Origin: Bugula neritina
Taxonomy: Eukaryota > Animalia > Bryozoa
DNA length: 64,000 nt
Direction: 5' to 3'
Assembly (NCBI GenBank): GCA_964035545.1
Contig: OZ037768.1
Coordinates: forward strand, 21,733,319-21,797,318
Shown here: in pieces, positions 25,301 through 36,471 of the stretch
Layout: every line of letters begins with the position of its first letter
How positions within the stretch are numbered: the stretch's first letter is position 1
Notes under the pieces: model-generated
The model's database searches: none
Told to the model about the DNA's origin: nothing
The model's input: only the letters and a program-made list of their open reading frames with translations
Translations under genes and position numbers: made by a program

Positions 25301-28300
25301 CCACCCCCACAAATGTTGCGATCACGACGAAATACTGTTTTGTTCTTGATTGGTAGAATATTGCTATTAGGTATTGTGTCATCTAGGTGTGTTTCAGTGA
25401 GACAAATTATGTCAGAATCTGTGGTGAGAAATTGCAGTTCAGTGGTTTTACCTTTAACAGATCTAGTGTTGGCGAGGAATACTTTCAGCATTCCGTCACT
25501 CTCTTTTGCCGGACTTGTTTCATTATTTTCCATTCCCCCGAGGCTTGCTTTTCTTGTATACGCATGTCTCTCACTCGATATGCTATAGATGTATTTTCCT
25601 CTCTAAGCCTGTTAACTTCCTTTCTCAGCTGGAATTGTTGATTTCGGATTTCTTTGCTTTCATCAAGTCTGCAGTAAATACCTTGTTCTCTCAGTATTTG
25701 ATTGTTGAACCTTTTAACGAACTCCCATTTTGATTGCTCATCCTCAAATCTCACCTTGATTGGACGTTTTTGTACATCATTTTCTGTTTTTTTTCCTAGC
25801 CTAAAAGCCTGAGTTGGTGAGTTGGTTTTGGTAAAACATTCCATTCTCATTAGTTCTTGTACCTGCTCCATTGCTGTTTTACCATCTTTCTCAGTGACCC
25901 CGGTAACGATAGCGTTGCTCTTCCTACTTTCTTCTTCCCTCAGTTGGTGACTCTTTTCTATCAATGTTTTTGCATCCGCCGCAATCTGTTTATTCTTGTC
26001 AATGTTCTCAAGATTTTGCTTGATGACATCGGACCACTTCTGTTCCATCTCACTCAATTTATGGCTTTGTTCAGCAATTACCTTCACTATCCTCTCTATG
26101 TTGTCAATCTGCTGTGTTGTTTTTTGAGTCATGGGCTGTGTTAGACTCTCTACATGTAGGCTGTTTTCTGTTTTATCTCTGCAGTCACTGCACTTCCAGC
26201 TCACGCCTTTCTCTGCCAACTTAGTTATGCACGATACATCAGCTGGCTGCAGGTCCTGGCATATTCCATGGTACCATTGGTTGCAGAGATCACAGGTAAT
26301 CCACTTAGTGAGAACCTTGATTTGCCTGTTGTTCCTCCCTTGGAGAGTGCAATCTGTCTCATTGCATGTGGCACATCTTTTCTCATGGTTACTACTGATA
26401 TCGATGTTGCTACCCCTATTATCCGCCTGCCCATCTTCAAGTTGTTTTGATTCAGAGTTCACTGGCTGAGATTCTATTTTTTTACTTTTGGTCATCTTGG
26501 TACGGTGGTGGCAGTGTAAAATAAATTGTATAAACTAATTGAATTATTTAAATAATTTCGTAAATACCCTGGTACCTATAAATGCTTGAAAATATTTTTA
26601 AACTAGAGGCTATCCCTAATTATGTATAATTTTGAACCCAATTTGGTAAAGAACTCAAATCATAAAAATTTAGCGTCCGATCGCCATGACACCACGTGTA
26701 CTAATGTACTAATGGTAATGATTTGTAGTGCGAGTATCAGTATGAGTATAGGCTATAGCTATAGTATAACTTTATAAGTATTAGTATTACTATTAGTATT
26801 ACTATAAGTATAACTATAACTAATACTATTCGGAACTCGAAATAATATTTCTTACTATTCGTATTACTATTATAATTTTTTAATTTTATTACTGTTACTG
26901 TCAGAGTCACTAGGCGTAAGAGTATGACATTGACTATGGCTCTATTACTATTCCTATTACTATTAGTATTAGTATGAGTATCACTATCATTATGAGTATG
27001 TTTATAACTACTTTATTATTATTAGACTTGGTATAGCTTTAAGTAATACATTTTGATTTAGTTTTTACCAATACTAATACTATTAGTATTACTATTAGTA
27101 ATACTAATAGTGTTAATAATGCAGACTACAATAATAGCAATGTAATAAAAGATACCATTATTATTATATGACTACGTATTTGTATTACTTTACTGTTTAC
27201 ACCTACAGTAGGCGTAGCACCAGTCAATCCAGTAGTTAGAGTTACACGAATAAGTAACATAGATTAATTTTTAACATGAGTTTTCACAGTTTTACTAATA
27301 CCTATTCAATTTATTAGCTATTCATTTATCTAGAAGTAGTAAGTATTTTAATTTTAAAATAACTCTAAACATATGTGCCTTAAATAAAACATACTGTACC
27401 TATGTATAGTAATATTGTTTTGACTTCATAAATAATTTTTTTACCTTATCCTTATTCTACCATTGAAAAAGTGAGAAACTGTGTTTAGTTTCATCACCAC
27501 CAATGATGTCAATTGAAAGTTTTAATTGAGTGTCATAATTTAAATCACTTTTTAATTATTTAAGACAACTTGAGTTAAATGCAAGGCTTAATTTCCAGTT
27601 TACTTACTCAACTTAATTTCATAATCAATCTTATGAGCACTTTTAGCTGTATTTACACCCAAGTAAAAGTTTGGAGTGGACACTCACTGATATTGATATT
27701 AAATTCTGTGTTGATGTCTATCGACACCAAAGATACTAATACCAGTAGCACAAATAATGGGTAGTGTAGATGAGGTTTTAAATAAACTTTTCACCAATAT
27801 TTATCTTGTACTAATTTTAGTGGCCCAAGTTCTCATTTTTGTTTTTGTTGGACATACTGTGCAATCTATTTTCTTCTATCAATTAATGAAATATATAAAT
27901 AATAGTGGATGTAAAACAGTCTTAGTGACTGGGCCAGTGTGCAATTCATCTAATTATAACTTATCTAATTATAATCTTATGCTCATACTGATGTCGGCAT
28001 ACATGTTCGATCATGATAGTTACACACTACATCTAATAAGGAAGTCAAATCTCGTTTTTCATTTGCAACCAATAGTTTATTGTTTTTCACATTAGGAACA
28101 AAGTTGAAATGTTGACAGTGTTATTAACTTATGCTGCACCATCCTGCTGCTGTAGTATTTCCTGTTAGCACCAAACTAAGTCATACTATGGCTATCAGGA
28201 AATGAATGCCAAACTATGTAACTGTCCAATTTTATTCATTTCAAGTGCTTTAATTCGCCAATTGTCAATTCCAAGTTCTTCTGCTGTTCAAATGTGCACC

Positions 28301-31300
28301 AGTATTTATATGGTAGGAGTGATAGTATCAGTGTGTGTTATTATAAGTAATTTATTATCATTGTTTAATTTTATAAATATAAATTTACAAGGTACGAATT
28401 TGGTTGTTCACTATAATCTCAATTAGTCAGTATTTTGAACACCTATTTAAACAAACTTGAAACTCAGACTAAAAGCATTTGTTGCTGGTTTGTTTGTTTG
28501 ATATATTTATGCAAAAGTGAAAGAAAAATCATATATAACAGAAAAAGAAAAGTAACACTGCAACAAGTAGAGGCACACATGCCATGAATGGTTGACAGTC
28601 GGTAGAAAACTTTACTAAATAGGTTTAATTTTAACAGCAGAAAATGTTAGTTTTTAATTTAATAGTTTAGATTTGCCATTGAATTACTTCTCAGTTCATG
28701 TTTGAAACCAGCCTCCCTCTCCACAGCACAAATTGAATTGAAGTTGAGATACATATTTATAATATTTTATATATTTTTAGTAAGGTACTAATTAAAGTTC
28801 TTTACTAAATTGGCATCTTCTTGTGTGTGCATCAATTAGTAAGTGTGTTTTATTATTTGTAGTACAATTCTATGGACACCAGTCCATTCTCTAACTATGT
28901 AATGCACCCTTTTTGGAACTGGTTTGTCAAGGTATGTATAAATTCAGTTTTAGAATTTAAATTTCTTAGAACTAAAATATATGATATACATATTACTTAG
29001 TAGATCTGATACAGATTGTGTAAACTTTGTAGTATGTGTATGTTCTTAGACAGCTAATCTGCTACTTATTCATATTGACAATGTTAAGTATCTGCTCAAC
29101 TCTTTACAGCTAGTACCAATGAACATTGCTGCCAATACTCTTACGTTTGTGGGTTTCATGTTGCTGCCGCTCAGCTTTGTTATACTCGCCTACTACGACT
29201 ATGACTTTACTAGAAATCATAGTATTCCCCAGTGGGTGTGGCTTATGTGCGCCTTCAACAACTTTATGTCACATACACTAGGTAAGTTCTTTGTATCACC
29301 ACGTTTCCATGATTCGAACTTATGTTTTCATTCTGCACTGTCCCCATGCATTGAATGAAAAATCCATTCGCATAAGTAAGGGGAAGTAGTGAAAGAGTCT
29401 GCTAAATGAATACCCTCTGCTTATAAGCCAGGTTTTGTCTATCTAGTTTGGTTGTCCATGATGCATATGTATGCATTTGAAACTCAAAGTGTCTAACTGC
29501 TGTGTATAAAGAAGCCATCTCCTGTTAATTTAGTACTGACCATTTCTTGAGATTAGCTATGTCTAATGTTCATTGCTGTAATGTGTGTACATTAGTTACC
29601 TTGAGGGTGGAAATAACCAGCTGTTTATCAGTTATCAGCTTAGGCCTATTGATTATCATCGCCTGGCAAAGATAATTTTACTACTAGCTCTCTACATGAT
29701 ATCTCTTAAGGCATCACAGTGTGTGTTGTGTATTCAGTCATCACACTGGAAATTTGTAAGTGGATTTCTTTCCTCTTATGACGTCAGAACTTGACGAAAA
29801 CAAGTCCTTAAAATTCAATAACTTTAAATTTTGTATAAAAATATCTAAAATTTTGTGTGTTATTTTGGAATAAGATAAAGGGAGAGGGGGAACAAGAATA
29901 CATCTTGTTAAGATCTTAGCAAGTGCATTCACCTACTCTACCTTATGTTACTTGATACCGTCCTAGTCACGTGGTGTTAGGTAGCTGCATTTTGTCTTTG
30001 TATAAATATAAACTTGTGACTTTTGCTCTAAAGCTGGTCACTAACAGCCTGTCAAAGTCCCTTTATCTGTGGACAAAGGTTAAGCTTCAATGACACTGCC
30101 AACTAGAATACGCAGTAGTTTGATCTCGGCTAAAGGCTGGTATAATAGATGTAAAAATTCAATATTTAAATCAATTTATAATTGTTTATTGTTTTATCTC
30201 GTATAAACAGTATGTATACTATGAACAATGCACTGTTACTGATTCTGTCAGTGTTAGTCTACTGGCATATCAATGTTTATGGCTGATATTGTAGATGGAA
30301 TTGATGGGAAACAAGCCAGGCGTACTAAAACCAGCTCTGTGTTAGGGGAGTTATTTGACCATGGGCTGGACGCCTGGAGCACTACTTTCTTTGCCATTGC
30401 TATCTATGACATATTCGGGCAGGGTTACTGGGGCGCCCCTCCTCTTAGATTTCTTCTAGTCCTCACAGCTATACAGTGTACTTTTGTATTTACTCATTGG
30501 GAGAAGTATAACACAGGAATACTTTACTTACCCTGGGCCTATGACATGGCATTAGTGGTAAGTCACAATGTTGGGCAGATATCTTAGGTGTTGTCTCCAC
30601 TTTATCATGAGTTAGAGATGGCACATGTAAATTATAGACACCGCCTAGCGTTAATTTTGCATTTTAATACTGGTACTAGTTGGTGTTACTGTGATTATGC
30701 TGGTATACATGATTAGTTATAATGTTTTGGGAGTTTGGAGTTGTGTGCTCTATGTGAATGTTCTGAAAGTTGTAACACTACTTTGTTGAAATGGTCAAGT
30801 GGAAGGTTCTAGAAGCATTTCATAAATGTTGCTTACATGTACTTGTGTTTTGGCACAAGCTTTGAGTTTTCCTGTGTTAAAGAACATAGTTGTTAAAATA
30901 TGACTCCATGTGTTTTGTCTGTATTGCTGGTAACAGGGCATGACGCTGGCTTACGCCGTAACATACGTGTTTGGAGTAGAGTTCTGGCAGATCTATGTTC
31001 GTCTCCCCCTGCCTGGTGTCCCACATCAAATGACTCTTGCTGATGCTCTCGTTATATTCCTATACAGTGAGTCCACTTATTCCTCATGTTTTTCAGCTTT
31101 TTAGTGTATTCATTGGCGCGCAAGGTGCTCGAGTGCTCAATTCTATAATAATTTGTGCAGCAGTTATGACATACAGTGCTCCCTCCATATCTCACGGTTT
31201 CATTTCTTGCAAAATTCCATAGGTAGGAGAAAGGGCTTGAACCCCCCCCCCCCCCCCCGTTTTGTGACAAGTTATGTATGTTTATATAAGGACAAATTGC

Positions 31301-33355
31301 TAGAAATTAACGAATTCGTGATTTGAATCTGGTATTCTACTGTGTCAGGAATTGAAGTTTCAGGACCCACAGATTAGTGAGATACGGAGAAAGCACATTA
31401 CTTCAGTTCCGAATATGGAATGACAACTCTCAACCCGGCATCAAATTAAAGCACCATATTCCATCATACTGTACCACATTATATATATACATTTCTATAT
31501 TTTGTAGTATCCAATTACGTTGTGAGCGTGCCCATTTGCATACTCAATGTAATCATGTAAGTATACTATATAGTATTATACAACATACTTTCTTCTCTCA
31601 CTGTGCTATATAATTGTATCCATATAGCTGTGTGGGTTATATGTCACTATAAATTCTTAATGGTATTACTGTAAAGCCAGTTACAAGTTTTAATCACATC
31701 ACAGAAGGATATTAGTTAGTTAGGTTACTCTCTGTTTGGTATTGGTGATTTCACTTATTAGATTTTATATTTTGTTGGAGTTGCTATTTGCCATTACTAC
31801 CCTTTACTGCCTGTTAGAGCCACCTGGGATTTAAAGTTTTTAAATATGTGATTGACCACTAACCTAGTCTAAGGCTTGATAACATGCCCACCTCATGGGG
31901 AGGGGGCCTAGTGAACAGTTCTCACTAATCCAATTCATGTCTAGATAGGATTTTATTACTGCATGGGTTCAGGCACCAGTTAACATAGTTTATTATAAAC
32001 TCTGAGTATACTACTTTGCGTGTTGCAAACTCAATTATAACCTTGTAGTTATGCTATTCTTTAATTTTAACCAGTTCTGCTGTTGTTGCTGCCTTTCAAT
32101 TAATTTGGTGTTTTTCAGGTCATACGTCAACAAGAGTGGCAAAATGCTGTCTCTGTCAGAGTCTGTTCGTCCGCTGTTACCGGCAGCAGTGCTGTTTATC
32201 TTGATTTACGTGTGGGCAGCGTACTCGCAGACTGATGTGTTGGTGCAATCACCGCGCTGTTACTACACGCTCTCCGGTGTGCTGTTCGCTCAGATCACGG
32301 TTAGTTCTCTCTGTCTGTCTGTATAATACGTGTGTCTCTGTATAATATATGTCTGTCTGTCTCTATGTATATCACATCTAGTTCTCTCTATATGTCTGTC
32401 TAATACGCGCCTCTCTGTATAATATGTGAATATGTGTCTGTCTGTCTGTATAATACGTGTCTCTCTGTATAATACGTGTCTCTCTATAAACTTTTCTGTT
32501 TGTGGTGGATTTGGGACATGCAGCTTTCTATAACAGAAGTATATCTGCACATACTCTGTAATCAGTGTGGTGTGAATCAACTGCGTTCATACTTTAAATT
32601 TTCCATTATGATTAGTAGAACATGCATAGCACTATAACTTAATCACGTTAATTTTGCTGAATTGTCAATTTAGGAGTTGTGTGTGTACACTCAGAGTTTT
32701 CATGTTGACACCTTGTAGACACGTATGATAGTCCATCAGATGAGCAACACTCGGGCAGATGCGTTCAACCTGCTTCTTCTACCTCTAATACTCATCACAC
32801 CCATATGTTGCTTGTGGAATTTAGGAAACATTGAGGTTTACATACTTTATACCTACACTGTAGTGGCCACATTGGCGCACATACACTATGGACAAAGTGT
32901 GGTAAGTAAATGTTTTTTAAATTATCTGTCTGTTGGTTTTGCCACTCGTTTCATTTGTGGGCAGACTGTGAAGTATTATTGATGGTATTCTTTTATTTTC
33001 CTTTTTTTATTGTGCTTAGTACCATTTTGTCTTATGTTTTGCATATATATATATATGGTAATTTGTGTGTAATGCTATAATAGGTATTGTATATGGTATT
33101 ATTATGCATTGCATATGATATGTTATAATGTGTATATTACCCATTCAGATAGTAAATTGGTAAAGTCACCTAACTCTAGGAGTAGTAACCTTTCATGAAG
33201 CTCTTGATATTTAGATGTATTTATTTGAAGGCTTAAATTATTTTATACTCGTGGCTATAAGTTATTTTTACTTTCAGGTAGACGAAATTGCAGACTACAT
33301 TAACATCTACGTATTCTCAGTAAAGAAACGCCCACCAAAAGACAAAAGCAGCTAA
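22350..33355 (+). CDS. SELENOI: Ethanolamine phosphotransferase 1 (SELENOI/EPT1 orthologue, no selenocysteine), ~391 aa. Exons 22350-22400, 28863-28931, 29110-29281, 30295-30557, 30937-31066, 31508-31556, 32119-32299, 32719-32901, 33278-33355
   Basis: N-terminus MFKYLGPEILRGFDTYK|YNSMDTSPFSNYVMHPFWNW. CDP-alcohol phosphotransferase motif DGIDGKQARRTKTSSVLGELFDHGLD. Also HWEKYNTGILYLPWAYD, QMSNTR, LAHIHYG. Ends FSVKKRPPKDKSS-TAA. All nine exons are GT-AG and in phase. Confidence 0.93.
22762..25533 (-). CDS. LINE ORF2p: APE endonuclease + reverse transcriptase, 923 aa, uninterrupted
   Basis: APE motifs: ANTRS, DIICLTETHL, RRDR..GGGV, YRP, GDMN, TLDL, SDH. RT motifs: KSPGPDGI, NFRPVSLTS, QHGFR, DFKKAFDKV, GVPQGSVLGP, YADD, KYLGV. 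Confidence 0.96.
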   Translation of the reverse strand: MENNETSPAKESDGMLKVFLANTRSVKGKTTELQFLTTDSDIICLTETHLDDTIPNSNILPIKNKTVFRRDRNICGGGVMVAVCDRLNPKLVDLSEYREEVVAVKIQPRMVICCYYRPYVHLSNTDVINDILDHLQREYQRHTILFVGDMNFPGIDWNTKAVKPLTPYKKIHQNFLNVLNSHKMTQVVKGSTHLLGNTLDLICTNQPNVICDTEIISPGLSDHSLIITHVQSATTATLRKPQTFRLYKKANQEAFQEDMQETSEALAVLEDPEEMWNLFAENLQRSIGQHVPIKQLKSPHPSVPEWFNKKAMKIKERVRKAHRRSKVSSNSFDREQYKKLRRDGKKELEVIRKTFYTNRIYRPLKRGNSKPFFKLLKADKNKRQELLVLKDDQNIVTGDPVQCAELLNTFFQSQFQLGFMAEDFSRIETNAQDSIDVTPEGVAKLIQNLPNGKSPGPDGIRKPDMLIDLEGTARCLALIYKSSLDTGKLPKQWKLANVTPIHKGGDSESPNNFRPVSLTSIPCKMMEHIVLHHLNEKLDSVLHHRQHGFRKGLSCQTQLCVTYHDLVKAADEGHTTHAVVMDFKKAFDKVPHLLLLQKLQEIPGINGYLLNWILDFLSDRQQSVVLRGASSQKCRVTSGVPQGSVLGPILFLCYINDLPDLLSCKVSLYADDTLLYQTVNTTKDAELFQTNINAVYEWSLKWKMPFNEQKCQAINFGKVTPISHYKLGTTCLAWVQSTKYLGVTIQSNLKFDQHINNKCTKSRKIIGGIKHLMYDAPKDAKLLAYTSLCRPILDYADVVWDPAARGKVHDIELVQNSAIRFISNMKGRADSVSEARDELGLRSLEDRRKNHRLCLLTRILQNEDHHQSLSRAYDEIIEGRELVTVTTRAAARGELISISSRKNLFHTSFLPRTIREMRGEYNN
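25485..26495 (-). CDS. LINE ORF1p, 336 aa: PHD finger, coiled coil, L1-type RRM-like region
   Basis: C4HC3 pattern CATC...CDLCNQWYHGIC...WKCSDC, a heptad-rich middle, then RKSNAIVTGVTE...RLGKK...RPIKVRF, typical of CR1/L2 ORF1. Overlaps ORF2 by 49 nt. Confidence 0.9.
   Translation of the reverse strand: MTKSKKIESQPVNSESKQLEDGQADNRGSNIDISSNHEKRCATCNETDCTLQGRNNRQIKVLTKWITCDLCNQWYHGICQDLQPADVSCITKLAEKGVSWKCSDCRDKTENSLHVESLTQPMTQKTTQQIDNIERIVKVIAEQSHKLSEMEQKWSDVIKQNLENIDKNKQIAADAKTLIEKSHQLREEESRKSNAIVTGVTEKDGKTAMEQVQELMRMECFTKTNSPTQAFRLGKKTENDVQKRPIKVRFEDEQSKWEFVKRFNNQILREQGIYCRLDESKEIRNQQFQLRKEVNRLREENTSIAYRVRDMRIQEKQASGEWKIMKQVRQKRVTEC
32305..32490. repeat. Degenerate repeat (CTCTGTATAATACGTGT) right after an EPT1 donor
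   Basis: Direct reading. Confidence 0.75.
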
Positions 33356-33599
33356 TTTATTACTGTAATTATATAATCGTATTTATTGTAAATGTGCCAA
33401 CATTGTATTTTAATTGTAAATCATATTTCAAGTGTAAATCATGCTATTCTATACTCTAGCCTATAGCATCAATCTAACAGTATTTGATATGGTGATTTTA
33501 TTGATATTTCGAATAAATCTGTCAACAAATATGTAAATGTAATAAATATAAATGTGCAAAAAAGTGTGAATAAAGTGTAAAATTATTGTAAGATTCATG

Positions 33600-35245
33600 T
33601 TAGTCCCCTTCGTAGTCATCTATTTGTGAAATACTTCCCTCAGGGATCTCAAAATGTGGAGGTGATTCCAGGGGTTCAATCTCCAGTGCCTTTGGTAAGG
33701 AATAGATGGGAGTTTCTGCACTACTTTGACTGGAAGACATTCTTTCCTTTTCTTTGGTGTCGGCCATATTTTTGGAATGGAATGCTAATAGTGAGTTTTC
33801 TTGTGAATCGAGTTTTTCATACGACTGAAGTTTCTCTTTTAAATCAATATTTTCAACCATCAACTCATTTATCAGAGCTTTCAAGTGATTGTTCACATCT
33901 CTCAGCTCCTCTACGGTATCCGCTGTGTCTTTAGGGTTCTTCTTAGCATAGCCATGCCTACAAGTTGATAAACTAACACTTATTCCACCATTGAGTAGTC
34001 TAGACTCTAGACACACAGGAAGGGTGGTGGGGTCTATAGATGTCTCATTCTCATAAAATTAAAACTATTGGTAAGGACAAAAATTGCACATGTATTCGAT
34101 TTTATACATAACCAAAAGCTATCACATTTGAAAAATGAAAATAATTTTGCTGTGTTTTAAAATTGTCTTCTTAAACAGTAAAGGGCTATGAATAATACTT
34201 ACATATTAGATTCGGTTGCCATGGTGAGGGGATCTAGCTCACTGTCACTTTGCTCCAATTCATCGTTTGTAGGACTAGTTGTCTGCTCTTGCATGTTGAG
34301 TTGTCTCTTGAGCATATCTTTATGTTTTATCACATTTAGCAGGGCTAACTCTGCAGTTCTTTCTCTTATGGATGCTATATACGGCTCTCTCTTTAGCCTG
34401 ATTATCTCCTTCTTTTGTTGATGGAGTAAAATAGTCTGTTGTAAAATATGATGCTCCATTTGCGAAAATATTGAATCCAGCAAAGCCTTATTTGAATCAA
34501 TGGCTTTAAACTGCTGGTGAGTTGGAATACTTAACGTCAAACGTCTCAAATGAGCTAAAAATAACCCAGAACAATGAATATCAAACATAACACTGTGGAG
34601 CTGAAATACAAGTTTCTTGCAAACATAATTAGGCATATGTTAAAATTTTAAAGCTGATAGAATGAGTAATCATGAGAATACTCAACAGTAAAGCTGTAAA
34701 AGTAGCAGATCTTTAACATCAACCTGTGACTTGATTTTGGATTATAAAGGCAAACCTCGCATCTTACAAACATTAAATATGTATTTCGATATTGAATACA
34801 ACAGCTCATGTCATGACAACTCTAGGCAGTCACTGCTGCAAACTAACACTTGCCAGGTGTTGTCACAAGTACTAAATAAACACATTGTAGTACTACCATG
34901 AGCTCTTTGGTGACATTCTATGGCTGCTTGATAATCCACCTCTGATTTCTTCAGGATTGTTTCAGCTTTTCTGTCTTCTATGTGAGCCTGACAAGTAGAA
35001 AGCAGACATCAAGCATCTCAAAGCTGTAAACCTCTGAGTTTTACAGAATAAATTAATCAAATTGAATGGCTATTTTCCACATACGGAGTCTCAGCAACAA
35101 TGAAAATGGCACGTTGGCCTCAGAACCTTAACTTTAGACTTGGAACTGAAAGCCAAACTTAAGGTTGAGAGTAATGAAAGCTTTAGCTTACCAAATTCAA
35201 TGGACTGCTTAAATAATGATGATTTAATATTGGAGCATCACTCAT
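33600..35245 (-). CDS. NRBF2: Nuclear receptor-binding factor 2 / Atg38 (PI3KC3-C1 subunit), ~284 aa. Exons 35245-35192, 34987-34897, 34554-34203, 33957-33600
   Basis: MIT-domain start SSPLNL|AHIEDRKAETILKKSEVDYQAAIECHQRAH matches the NRBF2 GPLNLAHQQSRRA...AISCHKKA pattern. Coiled coil KNPKDTADTVEELRDVNNHLKALINELMVENIDLKEKL matches KAPKDDKTIIEE...LVAENERL. Pro-rich C-terminus. Phases 0/1/2 are consistent. The start Met is inferred; the frame stays open upstream to the acceptor at 35317. Confidence 0.85.
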
Positions 35246-35504
35246 CTTTGAATCAGTTTCAGAACTACTCTTTTCTAAATGAGTTTGAGGGAACAGCGGG
35301 GAGTAGATGCAGACTGTCTGCAAACAATTGAAGAAAATTTGCAAAACATCAACATTTCAACAATAATCATCATTAGCTGCGTTAATCATAGAAAAAAATA
35401 TATTTTCATACTATTGAAAGCTTTGTCTATATAACCTACAGAAAATTAGAAGGTTGACAACCTCTATCATTATATTAGCAGAGTAAAAGCCTAGAATTCT
35501 GCAT

Positions 35505-36004
35505 AAGGGCTGGGGTCAATTACATATGAATGTAACTAATTACAATTACATGATAATTTGTCAATTACAATTATAATTACAGCTAAAATTATTGTAATTA
35601 ATTACAATTACATGGTAATGTAACTAATTACAATTACTTTTGTTCTCACAAAGGACAAATAAACATTTTATAATCTCACTTCTGGGGTCCAACTTTCTGG
35701 GGCAATTTTGACAACGGAGAACTTTCTTTGTCCTCAACAGTGATTATTAGGGTGATGCAATACTACATTTAATCAATCTGAACTTTTTATTAAACAGTAG
35801 GCATGATAGGAAAAGTATTAATTTCATAGGATTTAAAAATTGAAAGTAATTATTATGTAATTATAAAGTAATTACAAAAATCAATTACACTAGCTATGTA
35901 ACTAATTACAATTACATTTGATACACAAATTACATTCAAAATACTTGAAAAATGTAATTAATTGCAACCAATTACATGTACAAATTACAATTACCCCAAC
36001 CCTG
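35505..36004. mobile_element. MITE-like non-autonomous DNA element with AATTAC-rich subterminal repeats
   Basis: Left end AGGGCTGGGGTCAATTAC and right end CAATTACCCCAACCCTG are imperfect inverted repeats. Many AATTAC/GTAATT units lie near both ends. No ORF. Confidence 0.65.
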
Positions 36005-36471
36005 ATAAGCTCTACTTTTTACTGAGCATATGACAGCTGGAGAGCCACTTTTCACAAACAGAAACATTTCAACTTCTTTTAAATACCAATTAATGTCATA
36101 GAGACCCATGAAAAGTGAAGGTCTTGGTAGCTGTGATAGGAACACAAATTAACTATCATACTGCTATATACTCTGTAATATGTTTCATTAAAGCTGGATT
36201 TTTGTTAAGTAACTGCTAAAAGTAATACTCTAATAATAATATTCTACTACTGCTACTACTGCTACTACTACTAATATTGAACTAGTTATAAGTTGTGACA
36301 ACAAATAAAATTAACTTAGTTACAATAAAATTTCAAGAAAGTATAGACAGTTACAGAGAATTTCTTTGTTGTGCCTTATTACTGCAATTGATGATTTATT
36401 TCCAACATTAAATAACACCCTTCAATATATGAAATCTTTCACCCATAACATGAATACCCGTATTGACACCT

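Larger units (their letters stand above)
22629..26700 (-). mobile_element. Full-length CR1-clade non-LTR retrotransposon (LINE) in intron 1 of SELENOI/EPT1, antisense to the host gene
   Basis: About 200-nt 5'UTR, intact ORF1 and ORF2, short 3'UTR with stem-loops, and a 3' tail of two 13-nt repeats (TGAGGTAATAAAC on the element strand) instead of poly(A). GC content is higher than the flanks. The 5' boundary is approximate. Confidence 0.92.

Noticed and set aside
23842-26469. Several plus-strand ORFs of 60-112 aa within the LINE
   Set aside because: Antisense shadows of ORF1/ORF2 with no recognisable motifs.
22617-26716. Target-site duplication of the LINE (CTAATGTCAATGGT versus CTAATGTACTAATGGT)
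   Set aside because: Imperfect and embedded in a hexamer array, so it cannot be distinguished from the pre-existing repeat.
27579-28426. Hydrophobic ORFs in EPT1 intron 1
   Set aside because: Low-complexity AT-rich translations with no splice or homology support.
31177-31222. Alternative candidate for EPT1 exon 6 (MLPPYLTVSFLAKFHR)
   Set aside because: 31508-31556 has stronger splice sites and better similarity to the EPT1 family. Mutually exclusive use is not excluded but is unsupported.
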